64,000 nt of DNA from Bdellovibrionota bacterium (GCA_965207455.1 CBDBMJ010000001.1:1088001-1152000), one strand, 5' to 3'. Positions 29,163 to 38,959 are shown, counted from the first letter of the stretch. The notes: a model not told the origin generated them from the sequence alone. Program-made: numbers and translations.

Positions 29163-31664
29163 TTAATTTTTAACAACAATATTATAGATTTTGTCGGCGA
29201 TATAAATAGTTTTTACTACAGAGCTGCTGGAAAGATCCACAACCTTATCTCCTAGATGATCTTTGATGGCTTTTTCCACTTCTTCTTTGCTGGAGCTTCG
29301 ATTCATTTCCAGCACGCCACGTTTCTTTCCGTTTTCTTGCACCACTATGGTGACGAGGGGTCGTTCCAGATAATTTGTTTCTAGCTTGGGCCAGGGGCGC
29401 TTATATAACGGAATGGAACCAAAATATTGTAACAACAGGGCTTCACTGAAGTAGGGGGCAAATGGACCCATGGCAATGATAAATTCTTTAACCAAATGTG
29501 CAGTGACAATAAGCTCTCCGTCTTTCTCTTTACCTTTCTTGGAATCTAAATATTTAGTTAGGGTGTGGGAAAGTTCATAGAGTTTAGCTACAGAGTTATG
29601 GAAGCGATATTCTCGTATGGTGAAGTTTAGTTGGTCGAGAAGGCCGTAGAAACTATATAAAACGTCGGGGCTGGAGCAGGTTTTAAAATCCACCTTGAGT
29701 TCCTGTTGTAAGTCTATTTTTTCATTTATCGATGATAAAAAAACAGAAAGCTTACGATAGGTGCGGCAAATAAATTCATACTTCCCCTGGATGCCGCTAT
29801 CGTTCCAGGCGATGTCTATTTCCGCTGGGGTGTCACTCAAGATGTACAATCGTAAGGCGTCGGAACCGTATTTTTTTACTATCTCCGTGGGAGTGATTAC
29901 ATTTCCCTTGGACTTACTCATTTTACTACCACCTAAGCAAACCATGCCATTACAAAAGAAATGATCCACAGGTTCTGAAAAGTTTATTAAACCTATGTCT
30001 TGAAAAAATTTTGTGAAAAATCGAAAATAAATCATGTGCAAAGCTGCGTGCTCTAAACCACCCACATAGAAATCAATGGGCATCCATGCATTTATATATT
30101 CAGAGGAAAATGCTTCTTTGTGGTTATGAGGATCTAAAAATCGGTAAGCATACCAAGAACTGCAAATAAAAGTATCCAGTGTGTCTATCTCCCGTTGTGC
30201 AGGAGCCTTACACTTGGGGCAAGTGGTTTTCTTATGGGCTTCCAATGCCTTTGCATCACGCTCCTTGGGCAATAAGATGGGTAAGTCTTCCTCAGGCACT
30301 GGCACTGTTCCACATTTGCTACAATAAATAATAGGAATGGGACAACCCCAATAACGCTGACGACCCACGGACCAATCCCTAAGATTATAATTCGTGCAAG
30401 CCCTGCCCATACCAATTTCCACCAAGCGGGCTGTAATTTTCTCCCTTGCCTCTGAAGAAGACAAACCATTAAAATGATCACTGTTGATGAGAACACCGTC
30501 GTCCACCCAAGCGTCGTTCTGTAGGTCGCCACTTTTTCCCTCAGCTGGCGCCACCACCTCGATGATGTCTAAGTCGAATTTTTTCATAAACTCAAAGTCA
30601 CGGGTATCATGGGCAGGCACACACATCACAGCCCCTGTGCCATAATCAAACACCACATAATCCCCTATCCAAATTTCTATCTTTTTGTTCGTCAATGGAT
30701 GGCAGCAAAAGAAACCCGTGGGCACTCCCGTTTTTACGGTACTCTCCATGCGCTCCACAGAACTTTTCTTCAAGGAGGACACCACATAGTCCTCTAACTT
30801 TTTATCCTTACTCTCCTTTATAATACTTTTCACAAGAGGATGCTCAGGGGCTAACACTAAAGCCGTTACTCCAAACAAAGTGTCTGCCCTTGTGGTAAAA
30901 ACAGATATTTTTTTGTCCTGAAAAGAAAAATCTAACTCTGTCCCCGTAGACTTATTGATCCAGTTTCGTTGAACAGCCACCGCCTCAGGTGCCCAGTTTT
31001 TTAATTTGGGTAAGTCGTCCCATAGACGCTGGGAATAGTCGGTGAGTCTTAAGAACCATTGCTCCAGCTCTATTTTCTTTACCTCGGATCCATCACGCCA
31101 GCAACGCCCGTCAATGACCTGCTCATTAGCCAATACCGTCTTATCCACCTCACACCAATTCACAAGCGCAGATTTCTTATACGCCTTCTTATGCTTATAA
31201 AATTGTAAAAATATCCATTGGGACCAACGATAATAGTCGGGATCGCTGGTGTTGAGCTCCTTATCCCAATCAAAGGACCAACCCATGCTGGCAAACTCCA
31301 CGTCCTTCATCTGTCGAATATTTCCCTGTGTGAATTCTGTTGGATGAATATTACTCGCAATGGCTGCATTTTCTGCTGGCAAACCAAACGCATCCCAACC
31401 CATTGGGTTTATCACACTCTTGCCCTTAGCCTTCTGGTAGCGTGCCACCACGTCCACCAAAGTATTTACCCGCACATGCCCCATGTGGGCATTACCCGAA
31501 GGATAGGGAAACATCCCTAGCGCGTAGTAAGAGTTATTTTGTCCTTGAGGAACGTCGCAAAAAAAAACGTTCTGATTACGGTTCTGACGATTGACCCATT
31601 CGACTATCTTATTAAAATCGTACTCTTTGGAAATACCTTCTTCAAAATTTTCTGTCATCATCAA
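29163..31664 (-). CDS. leuS: Leucine--tRNA ligase, divergent (possibly a second copy)
   Basis: MFPYPSG.AHMGH, GWDAFGLPAENAA, CP1 editing FTTRADT and GTGAVMCVPAHD, RQRYWGCPIP, KMSKS, C-terminal VQENGKKRG. Confidence 0.9.
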   Translation of the reverse strand: MMMTENFEEGISKEYDFNKIVEWVNRQNRNQNVFFCDVPQGQNNSYYALGMFPYPSGNAHMGHVRVNTLVDVVARYQKAKGKSVINPMGWDAFGLPAENAAIASNIHPTEFTQGNIRQMKDVEFASMGWSFDWDKELNTSDPDYYRWSQWIFLQFYKHKKAYKKSALVNWCEVDKTVLANEQVIDGRCWRDGSEVKKIELEQWFLRLTDYSQRLWDDLPKLKNWAPEAVAVQRNWINKSTGTELDFSFQDKKISVFTTRADTLFGVTALVLAPEHPLVKSIIKESKDKKLEDYVVSSLKKSSVERMESTVKTGVPTGFFCCHPLTNKKIEIWIGDYVVFDYGTGAVMCVPAHDTRDFEFMKKFDLDIIEVVAPAEGKSGDLQNDAWVDDGVLINSDHFNGLSSSEAREKITARLVEIGMGRACTNYNLRDWSVGRQRYWGCPIPIIYCSKCGTVPVPEEDLPILLPKERDAKALEAHKKTTCPKCKAPAQREIDTLDTFICSSWYAYRFLDPHNHKEAFSSEYINAWMPIDFYVGGLEHAALHMIYFRFFTKFFQDIGLINFSEPVDHFFCNGMVCLGGSKMSKSKGNVITPTEIVKKYGSDALRLYILSDTPAEIDIAWNDSGIQGKYEFICRTYRKLSVFLSSINEKIDLQQELKVDFKTCSSPDVLYSFYGLLDQLNFTIREYRFHNSVAKLYELSHTLTKYLDSKKGKEKDGELIVTAHLVKEFIIAMGPFAPYFSEALLLQYFGSIPLYKRPWPKLETNYLERPLVTIVVQENGKKRGVLEMNRSSSKEEVEKAIKDHLGDKVVDLSSSSVVKTIYIADKIYNIVVKN

Positions 31665-32203
31665 TAGTCTATACCACCAGTAGTGCCTCCTCCACCTATA
31701 TATACACCAGTAGTGGGAGCCGGCATACTTTTAGGCATGCCAAATGGTCTGGTAGCTGCACTACTGGAGGTTTTCACAGGATAGCAAGGGTCAGTTACCG
31801 CATTCCAAGAACTACTTGTTAAAACAAATTCCTCTCCAGACTCATTGAATAAACCGGTCAAATCCTGTTCGCTCAAATTAAATAGGGTAAGGTAACAAAG
31901 CTTAGCATTTTTAACTGAGTACCGATCTCCGCAGTCGTCCTTTAATTTACCCCACATATATTGAAAGAATTCTTTCTTATCCTGCTCACCAAACGCCGCT
32001 TCATCATCATACCTCACCAACTCCAAACCCTGATACGCACACTTATAGACCTTGGCAAAAAGACTTGAATCCAAGGCAGGGGCTTCTGAATATATTTTCG
32101 CTGACTTAATCTCCTGAGGAACGTTTGGATAACTATCAGCTAGAGCACTAACCGAGAAAAACACTATGGATAAAGCGATAAAAGAAAACTTTTTCACGAT
32201 CAT
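31661..32203 (-). CDS. Secreted hypothetical protein
   Basis: Signal peptide ending ALA; four Cys; Pro/Gly/Thr-rich tail ending GGGGTTGGIDY; 4-nt ATGA overlaps with both neighbours. Confidence 0.75.
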   Translation of the reverse strand: MIVKKFSFIALSIVFFSVSALADSYPNVPQEIKSAKIYSEAPALDSSLFAKVYKCAYQGLELVRYDDEAAFGEQDKKEFFQYMWGKLKDDCGDRYSVKNAKLCYLTLFNLSEQDLTGLFNESGEEFVLTSSSWNAVTDPCYPVKTSSSAATRPFGMPKSMPAPTTGVYIGGGGTTGGIDY

Positions 32204-32760
32204 AGGAAATCCTCCGGGTTCATTATTGTATTCACTAGACCCACAAAACGCATGCCCATGGGTTTTCTATCCTTAGAAGCCATCGCGCGCAAGAAAATTT
32301 CTTGAATTCTTCGCTTATACTCAGTATCAAGCTCCTTGAGTTCTTTCTTTGTCTCCGCAAAGTCGGGAAAAATATAAAAGCGCACCATTTGCTGCTTTCG
32401 TTTCCTTTGAATAGTGGAGTCTAACTCCGCATCCTTAATGACCCTCTTCACCGTGATTCGGAAAAGTTTTGGTAAAAACCGTCTTAATTTCTGAGGGTTA
32501 GACCCGTAATCTAGCCACTTTTGCTTGTAGGAAATCTTCCCTCCCTCGATGGAAATAATGCCCAAGCCAGCCATGCGCTGCAATACCTCATCCACAAGCA
32601 ACAATAGATCCTTAGAAAATGAAAAATGCTCCTTCACCTTTTCCACTGTTTTTATATGAGACAACATTATAGACTGCACAATAAAAAAAGCAGCTAGATC
32701 TTCTGTGAAAAGATCGTCCTTTTCTGTATTAAGTAATTCTGTCGTTTTGTCTTCCATCAT
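32200..32760 (-). CDS. Hypothetical protein resembling the DUF4423 (TIGR02147 C-terminal) winged-helix module
   Basis: VDEVLQRMAGLGII.IEGGK wing followed by LRRF..KL and ELKEL..EYKRRI helices; resemblance judged by eye. Confidence 0.5.
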   Translation of the reverse strand: MMEDKTTELLNTEKDDLFTEDLAAFFIVQSIMLSHIKTVEKVKEHFSFSKDLLLLVDEVLQRMAGLGIISIEGGKISYKQKWLDYGSNPQKLRRFLPKLFRITVKRVIKDAELDSTIQRKRKQQMVRFYIFPDFAETKKELKELDTEYKRRIQEIFLRAMASKDRKPMGMRFVGLVNTIMNPEDFL

Positions 32761-32769
32761 AAGTCAGTC

Positions 32770-33366
32770 CTATGGGGCTCCTAATTCAAATAAGCGCTTT
32801 AGCTTCCTGATAAGGTCGTGCATCTGTTCTACAGCAACTTTGCCCTTTTGTCTATGTGCATAAACACCGGCAATCTCCTGGACCTCCTCCAAAACCTGAC
32901 GACGAAACTTTTCTGGCAACTCTTCGAAAACCTCCACTAGGCACTGAGCACTTTGGGAATTAACCGACTTTTTTTCATCAGCACTATCATACTCATGCAC
33001 CGATGAGAGCTTATAATCATGGAGTAGCTGGTGCATGAGGTGCACAAAGGTGGAGCCGTGTTGACCCTCCAGTTCCTCTCCGTCGTTTTCTAAGCGCAGC
33101 AGGAGCAGGTAGCATAACTCCTCGTCCATAAGCCCCATCGCCCTACCCAGTCGAGCCAAAACTTCAGGAGACATGCGATAGCCACTGGCCTCCCTACCCC
33201 TACTCCTCCCCCGAGAAAGAGTCTTTGCCAAAGCAATAAAAGAGACAAAATCCCCATAACGATCAATGAACTGACGATAGCTCCAATTCCGATCCTTTAT
33301 CCAATCACGCAGAAATGCCCTGTAGCTAGTGTAGACAAAGATGGGAGCCATTTTCTTCTTTTCCAT
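32770..33366 (-). CDS. HTH protein resembling the TIGR02147 N-terminal module
   Basis: IFVYTSYRAFLRD..WSYRQF....RMSPEVLARLGRAMGLMDEELCYLLLL; start 33366 or 33351. Confidence 0.55.
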   Translation of the reverse strand: MEKKKMAPIFVYTSYRAFLRDWIKDRNWSYRQFIDRYGDFVSFIALAKTLSRGRSRGREASGYRMSPEVLARLGRAMGLMDEELCYLLLLRLENDGEELEGQHGSTFVHLMHQLLHDYKLSSVHEYDSADEKKSVNSQSAQCLVEVFEELPEKFRRQVLEEVQEIAGVYAHRQKGKVAVEQMHDLIRKLKRLFELGAP

Positions 33367-33499
33367 TATATTATAGATATAACAATATAAAATATAATGC
33401 AATATTTATCTTTTTTTACTTGAGGCATCATCTAAACATGGTATTTATCCAATCAGTTTCTATATATTTTTCTATATTTAGTTATTAGTTAAGTTATAG

Positions 33500-33577
33500 G
33501 CCACCAAATGCTTTAGAAAAGACTTTAATCAGTCTTTTTCCCTCCATATCTACACCAAAGCATTTGGTGGCTTTTTT
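33500..33577 (+). other. Long inverted repeat with nested hairpin and U-tract (candidate sRNA or terminator)
   Basis: GCCACCAAATGCTTT (33500-33514) / AAAGCATTTGGTGGC (33557-33571); inner AAAAGACT/AGTCTTTT; T6 tail. Confidence 0.6.
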
Positions 33578-33677
33578 CAACCCCCCAAATAAGCCCAAAG
33601 ACACCTAACCTATCGCCTGACAATGCTCGGCAATATCTTTTAACCTATTCAAAATCCATATTTAAAGGAGATAGGTT

Positions 33678-34320
33678 ATGAAGCCCAAGAATTTAACTAT
33701 CCACAATAGTTTAGTCGAGTTTTTAATCTTCACCAGCCAGAGTGAGGCTAATGGTAGTAGTATTGAGGTTTACTACAAGGATGGGAGTGTTTGGCTCACT
33801 CAGAAACGAATAGCCCAATTATTTGATGTGAGAGTGCCCACAATCAATGAGCATTTAAAAAAATATTTAAAAACAATGAAGTTAAATAAAATTCAGTTAT
33901 TAGGAAATTCCTAATAACTGCCGCTGACCAAAAACAATACAACACAAAATTTTACAATCTTGATGCTATCATCTCGGTAGGATATCGAGTCAATTCGGTA
34001 AAAGCCACAGAATTTCGACGCTGGGCGACTGAGATTCTAAGAGAGTTTGCCATTAAGGGTTATGTGCTAAGTCACAGATATTTATGCCACTAGCATGATG
34101 TTTCCGTTGGAAAGAATTATCGTAAACAAGAGGAGCTTGAGTCTCTTGCCAGAATTGTGAGCGCCTATCTTGATTTGGCAGAAGATCGAGCTACGCGCAA
34201 TATTCCTACAACAATGCAGGATTGGTCTAGTCGACTAGATGTTATTTTAGATCGTAACGACCGTGAAATTTTAAACGATGCAGGCACTATTAGTGCTAAC
34301 GTTGCCAAAGATTTGAGACT
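33678..34320 (+). pseudogene. RhuM-family protein pseudogene
   Basis: Fragments in different frames: VWLTQKRIAQLFDV..PTINEHLK; YNLDAIISVGYRVNSVKATEFRRWAT; VTDIYATS; KNY...ELESLARIVSAYLDLAE; internal deletions. Confidence 0.85.
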
Positions 34321-34437
34321 AAGAAAATTGCAACCCAGTTCGCTCTCCCCTCGACTAACCCCTATCGGCTCGTATTTGGCACTATTGAGCGCCTGAACTA
34401 TTTTTGGGTTGCTCTCCCAAGTACCCACCGACCTCTA

Positions 34438-35154
34438 CTAATGGCGTCCTCTCCCTAAGCACAGCATCGCCCCAAGGAGAAGAATCCTTAGAATGCCACT
34501 AGCAACGTCGCATTTCAACGTCGCAAAGGATTCATTTAAAAGATTGGGGAGACTAGCTGCTCCTCTTGGATATAAAGCCTCTAACCTTTTTTTAAATTTT
34601 TCTCCCTCTGGATCATTATCAAAGCTCTTCCAAATTGCCTGTTTTTCTCTATCGGAAAGCCAATCCCAATCTATTTCCCCACTCTCTATCAAACCAATAA
34701 GTTGATCTTGAGAGTCATAATACCTGAAATCATACTTTTTCTTAATGTATACACTATACAGTTTATATCCTATGCCTTCTCTCTCTGGATCATGAAATAT
34801 CTCGTATGAAATTCCCAAAGACATTCCCGTGGTTGGGATAATTTCTATCGGTGTGGATTTAGTTTCAAGATACACATTGCATTTTGGATAAATGTCATTT
34901 AATTTTCCCGGATCTTCATAGCGATCCTTAAATTCTTCACTGCTTATTCCATTTCTTATTTGAGATTTCATTTCGTTCACCAATCTAATAGCATCTTCTT
35001 TGTTTCCGCATACCTTAGTATTAGTGCCCTTATAATTTCTATTTCCATAGCGATATTGTATTTCCATTTCTACTGCCCAAGCAAAATCTGTGCATACACC
35101 TAAAAGTGCTGTAACTAGGATGAATAACTTTACTGAACTAAAGAATATGCGCAT
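34438..35154 (-). CDS. Secreted hypothetical protein
   Basis: 238-aa ORF, signal peptide ending AWA, AAGGA RBS. Confidence 0.65.
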   Translation of the reverse strand: MRIFFSSVKLFILVTALLGVCTDFAWAVEMEIQYRYGNRNYKGTNTKVCGNKEDAIRLVNEMKSQIRNGISSEEFKDRYEDPGKLNDIYPKCNVYLETKSTPIEIIPTTGMSLGISYEIFHDPEREGIGYKLYSVYIKKKYDFRYYDSQDQLIGLIESGEIDWDWLSDREKQAIWKSFDNDPEGEKFKKRLEALYPRGAASLPNLLNESFATLKCDVASGILRILLLGAMLCLGRGRH

Positions 35155-35220
35155 AAATAAATTCCTTTTTTGCCCTCTTGGATTCTGTCGAAATATTAAA
35201 CAATATTATCTTGCATAAGT

Positions 35221-35249
35221 ATTATACACTGCATTATAATAGAATGCAA
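35221..35249 (-). promoter_or_regulatory. sigma70 promoter with a TGCATT-N7-AATGCA palindrome
   Basis: Minus strand TTGCAT-N17-TATAAT; palindrome at 35230-35248. Confidence 0.6.
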
Positions 35250-35342
35250 GCTCTATACTTCCTCTACATTCAAGAATAATCTAGTTGACTAAAAAAATCA
35301 ACATAAGCTATACTATAAGTATAACCACAAGAGATACAAATT

Positions 35343-36533
35343 ATGAAAATAATCCTAATTATCTTTTTCCTTTCCTTCCACCCTAGAACTGGACTCACAT
35401 ATGAAAATTGCCAACAAACTAATTATTCTGGTCTTGGTGGGGAAGCTATGACTATTGATGAAAGCCCCACGCTTTGGGTTACTGCTGACGGATCTGAAGG
35501 ATCAATATTGACTGAGGCTGCAACCGCAACAGGACAGTCACTAGACAGTAGTGTTGGGACAGCGGCAGTAATGACTATCATCGACAATGCAAAAGGAAAT
35601 GTCGAAAAATGTATCTCTAGTCTCGCAACCCAACCACCCACAGAAAGATATAATCCTAAGGATGCAGTAGACAAGTATTTAGAAAAAAAAAACTCTCTCT
35701 ACCATCAAATGACTAATCGACAGTTCCGTACTAAGTACCCAGAAATAAAGAATAAACTCACTGCTCGCTATAACCAGTTGAAGTATAAGGAGAAAGTGGT
35801 GAAGAAGGGCAATGAGTTTGCAAAAAAGGTAATAAAGAAGACGGGGGAGGTGTTGTTACAGCAAAAAGATTTCTTAGCCTCTATTCCTAGGGGAGAGGAC
35901 GGGGTTGGAGAAGAAACTTCAACTTATACCCAAACATCTAATACTGAGGTTTATAGCAACAGTAAAAAGGCTAAAAGCAATTTTGTACTTGGAGCTGCTT
36001 TGGGGAATGAGGACAGTCGCCTCGATTTCATGGGTGAAGAGGATATGGCAAAGGTTAAAACTACTGCCATTGATGGTCTCACAGGCAGTAACGAGCCCCT
36101 AGAGAGTGCCTATGAAACTCTTGCTAGTAGCACAGAGGCATCGAAGCAGGAGTCCTTGGATGCGGGGATGAGCGAGATAAGAGACAGTGAAGATTTTGCC
36201 AATCTCCGAGATTTAGTGGGAGAGAAAATTGCGAATAAATACCTTGAATCCATTGGTGTGGGAGTAATGGACAATCAAGAGGACTCTGACATTCTCGGCG
36301 GCTCCGGAGGAGGATACACCAGAGGAGGCACAGGGGGCAGCAAAGGAAAAAGAAGCGATCGCATCGGTAAGCTCATGAAATCCATGCTCTCCTCCCTAAG
36401 GAAAAAGGAAGTTCTCCAGCACAACCAGCGCTTTAGGAGGAGCTTGAGTGCCTATGACCCCAATGAGAGCTTATTTAAGCGCGTCCACCGCACCTTAAAC
36501 AAATACTTTGACCAGTTGTCTCCTTCCATTTAA
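35343..36533 (+). CDS. Secreted hypothetical protein
   Basis: 396-aa ORF, signal peptide, Gly-rich linker, C-terminal SLFKRVHRTLNKY helix. Confidence 0.7.
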   Translation: MKIILIIFFLSFHPRTGLTYENCQQTNYSGLGGEAMTIDESPTLWVTADGSEGSILTEAATATGQSLDSSVGTAAVMTIIDNAKGNVEKCISSLATQPPTERYNPKDAVDKYLEKKNSLYHQMTNRQFRTKYPEIKNKLTARYNQLKYKEKVVKKGNEFAKKVIKKTGEVLLQQKDFLASIPRGEDGVGEETSTYTQTSNTEVYSNSKKAKSNFVLGAALGNEDSRLDFMGEEDMAKVKTTAIDGLTGSNEPLESAYETLASSTEASKQESLDAGMSEIRDSEDFANLRDLVGEKIANKYLESIGVGVMDNQEDSDILGGSGGGYTRGGTGGSKGKRSDRIGKLMKSMLSSLRKKEVLQHNQRFRRSLSAYDPNESLFKRVHRTLNKYFDQLSPSI

Positions 36534-36570
36534 GTATTGCCTAAGGGCTGGGGCTTGGCTATAGTAGGGT

Positions 36571-37332
36571 ATGCTGGACGCTATCGTCGTCATACCTGCT
36601 CGTTTACATTCATCTAGACTCCCCAACAAGCCACTGCTGCCCCTTGGCGGTCGCCCCCTTATACTTCAAGTAGTGGATCAGGTGCGCAGAGCTAAAGCAA
36701 GAGTGGAACGAATTATTGTCGCTACAGACGCTCCTGAGATAGCGAAAGTGGTGGAAGAGGCTGGGGTGGAAGTCTTCCTTAGCGATAAAAACCACAGCAC
36801 TGGCACAGACCGGGTGGCTGAGGTGGCAGAAGGACTAGAAAACAAAATCATCGTAAATGTTCAGGGGGACGAGCCCTTCCTCTCTGCTGCCTGCCTGAAA
36901 GAAGCCATTCAGATGATTGAGGATGGCAACACCATGGGATCGTGTATGACCTCCTTTTCCTCCCTTGCCGAGTTTCAGGATCCTGGGAATGTAAAAGTTT
37001 TGACCGATTGTAAAAGAGAGGCTTTGTACTTCAGTCGATCGCCCATTCCTTACCAGCAAAACGCTGATTTTAATATTTTGGATCAACCCTCTCTGGGTCG
37101 TCACCTAGGGATATACTCCTATAAGAGAGAAACTTTATTGAGTTTGGCAAAAAGTACTCCCGTCCACTTAGAAGAAATAGAGTCTTTGGAGCAGTTGCGA
37201 GCCATCTTTCTAGGCTACCCCATTCATATGAGGTATGTACAATGCGACAGTTTTGGTATAAACACAGCAGAGGATTTATCCCGTGCACAGGTGCGATGGG
37301 AAAAAAACGCAAGGAAGAGGAAAAATGCCTAA
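36571..37332 (+). CDS. kdsB: 3-deoxy-manno-octulosonate cytidylyltransferase
   Basis: [42 protein letters not shown]. Confidence 0.96.
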   Translation: MLDAIVVIPARLHSSRLPNKPLLPLGGRPLILQVVDQVRRAKARVERIIVATDAPEIAKVVEEAGVEVFLSDKNHSTGTDRVAEVAEGLENKIIVNVQGDEPFLSAACLKEAIQMIEDGNTMGSCMTSFSSLAEFQDPGNVKVLTDCKREALYFSRSPIPYQQNADFNILDQPSLGRHLGIYSYKRETLLSLAKSTPVHLEEIESLEQLRAIFLGYPIHMRYVQCDSFGINTAEDLSRAQVRWEKNARKRKNA

Positions 37333-38959
37333 GAAGCAAAAATACATTTTCATTACCGGCGGAGTGATTAGTTCACTGGGAAAGGGGCTAGCTGCTGCCT
37401 CCATGGGAACTCTTTTAGAAAGCCGGGGCATTGGGGTGACCTTTATCAAGATGGACCCCTATATTAACGTTGACCCTGGGACTATGAATCCCAACCAGCA
37501 TGGAGAGGTTTTTGTATTAAACGACGGTGCGGAGACGGACTTGGACTTGGGTCACTACGAGCGATTTGCCAGCGTCACCCTTTCCCGCAAAAACAATTTC
37601 ACCACTGGGCAAATCTACGACAGTGTTATTCAAAACGAAAGAAAGGGAAAGTATTTGGGACAAACCGTTCAGGTCATTCCCCACATTACCGACGAAATCA
37701 AACAATACATTCGCTCCGCTGCCACAGGTGCCGACGTTGCCATCGTGGAAGTGGGAGGCACAGTGGGAGATATTGAGTCCCTACCTTTTATCGAGGCCAT
37801 TCGTCAAATGAAGTTGGATATGGGAGCAGAAAACGTATTGTATGTACACCTCACCCTCGTGCCCTTTATTAAAGCCACCAACGAAATGAAAACCAAGCCC
37901 ACTCAGCACAGTGTGCGCACCCTTCGCTCCGAAGGAATCGACGTGGATATTCTCCTATGCCGTTGCCAAGAAGTTCTCTCCACGGAACTCAAAGCAAAAA
38001 TCAGTCTCTTTTGTAACCTCCCCCAATCCCAGGTTTTCTCAGCCCTAGATGTGGACAGTATTTATGAGGTTCCTCCCTATTTTCATCAGGAGGGTGTGGA
38101 CGAGAAAATCGTGGAGTTACTGGGTATGTGGACGTCTAGCCCCAACATGAAGGCTTGGGATAGAATGCTCCACAGGATTAAGCATCCCACCCATGAAGTG
38201 CGCATTGGAATGGTGGGAAAGTATGTGGATTTAAAGGAATCCTATAAGAGTTTAAACGAGGCTCTTGTTCATGGAGGTGCCCATCAATCGATCCGTGTAG
38301 TGCTGGAACATATCGACGCTGAGAAATTGGATCATAAAAATCTGGACCAAGCCCTGGGATCTCTCGACGGTATTTTAATCCCTGGTGGTTTTGGAAAGCG
38401 AGCAGTGGAGGGCAAGATTGCAGCCATTCGTTATGCGAGGGAAAATAAACGCCCCTTTTTTGGTATTTGTTTGGGTATGCAGTTAGCCGTGGTGGAGTTT
38501 GCTCGAAACGTGGTGGGCTGGAAGGATAGCAACAGTGCTGAGTTTGATGAGAGCTCTTCCCACAAGGTAGTGGATTTAATGGACACTCAAAAGGATGTGG
38601 ACAAGATGGGAGGCACCATGCGACTAGGGAGCTACGAATGTGAGGTGATAAAAAACACAAAAGCCCACCAAGCTTATCAAAAAACAAAGATCTTTGAACG
38701 CCACCGCCACCGTTACGAAATTTCCAACAAATTCTCCGACGAGCTTATTGCCCAAGGCCTAGTGCTATCGGGTTTTTGCAGGGATGAAAAAGTAGCGAAC
38801 AAAGACTTAGTGGAAATTATAGAGCTTAGGGATCATCCCTATTTCGTTGCCTGTCAGTTCCACCCTGAGTTTCAATCCCGTCCCCTAGACCCCCACCCCC
38901 TGTTTCAAACTTTTGTACAAAAAAGTTTGGAATATAAAGAAGAAAGATCCAAGATTTGA
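37325..38959 (+). CDS. pyrG: CTP synthase
   Basis: [41 protein letters not shown]. Confidence 0.98.
   Translation: MPKKQKYIFITGGVISSLGKGLAAASMGTLLESRGIGVTFIKMDPYINVDPGTMNPNQHGEVFVLNDGAETDLDLGHYERFASVTLSRKNNFTTGQIYDSVIQNERKGKYLGQTVQVIPHITDEIKQYIRSAATGADVAIVEVGGTVGDIESLPFIEAIRQMKLDMGAENVLYVHLTLVPFIKATNEMKTKPTQHSVRTLRSEGIDVDILLCRCQEVLSTELKAKISLFCNLPQSQVFSALDVDSIYEVPPYFHQEGVDEKIVELLGMWTSSPNMKAWDRMLHRIKHPTHEVRIGMVGKYVDLKESYKSLNEALVHGGAHQSIRVVLEHIDAEKLDHKNLDQALGSLDGILIPGGFGKRAVEGKIAAIRYARENKRPFFGICLGMQLAVVEFARNVVGWKDSNSAEFDESSSHKVVDLMDTQKDVDKMGGTMRLGSYECEVIKNTKAHQAYQKTKIFERHRHRYEISNKFSDELIAQGLVLSGFCRDEKVANKDLVEIIELRDHPYFVACQFHPEFQSRPLDPHPLFQTFVQKSLEYKEERSKI

Noticed and set aside
34325..34490. T-box, lysine, glycine or c-di-GMP riboswitch, 6S RNA, or group II intron 5' end
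   Set aside because: Only fragmentary resemblances (AGTAGAGGT, GGTGGGTAC, GGAGAG, TGCGACG); required core motifs and lengths are missing, so it is kept as an unassigned structure
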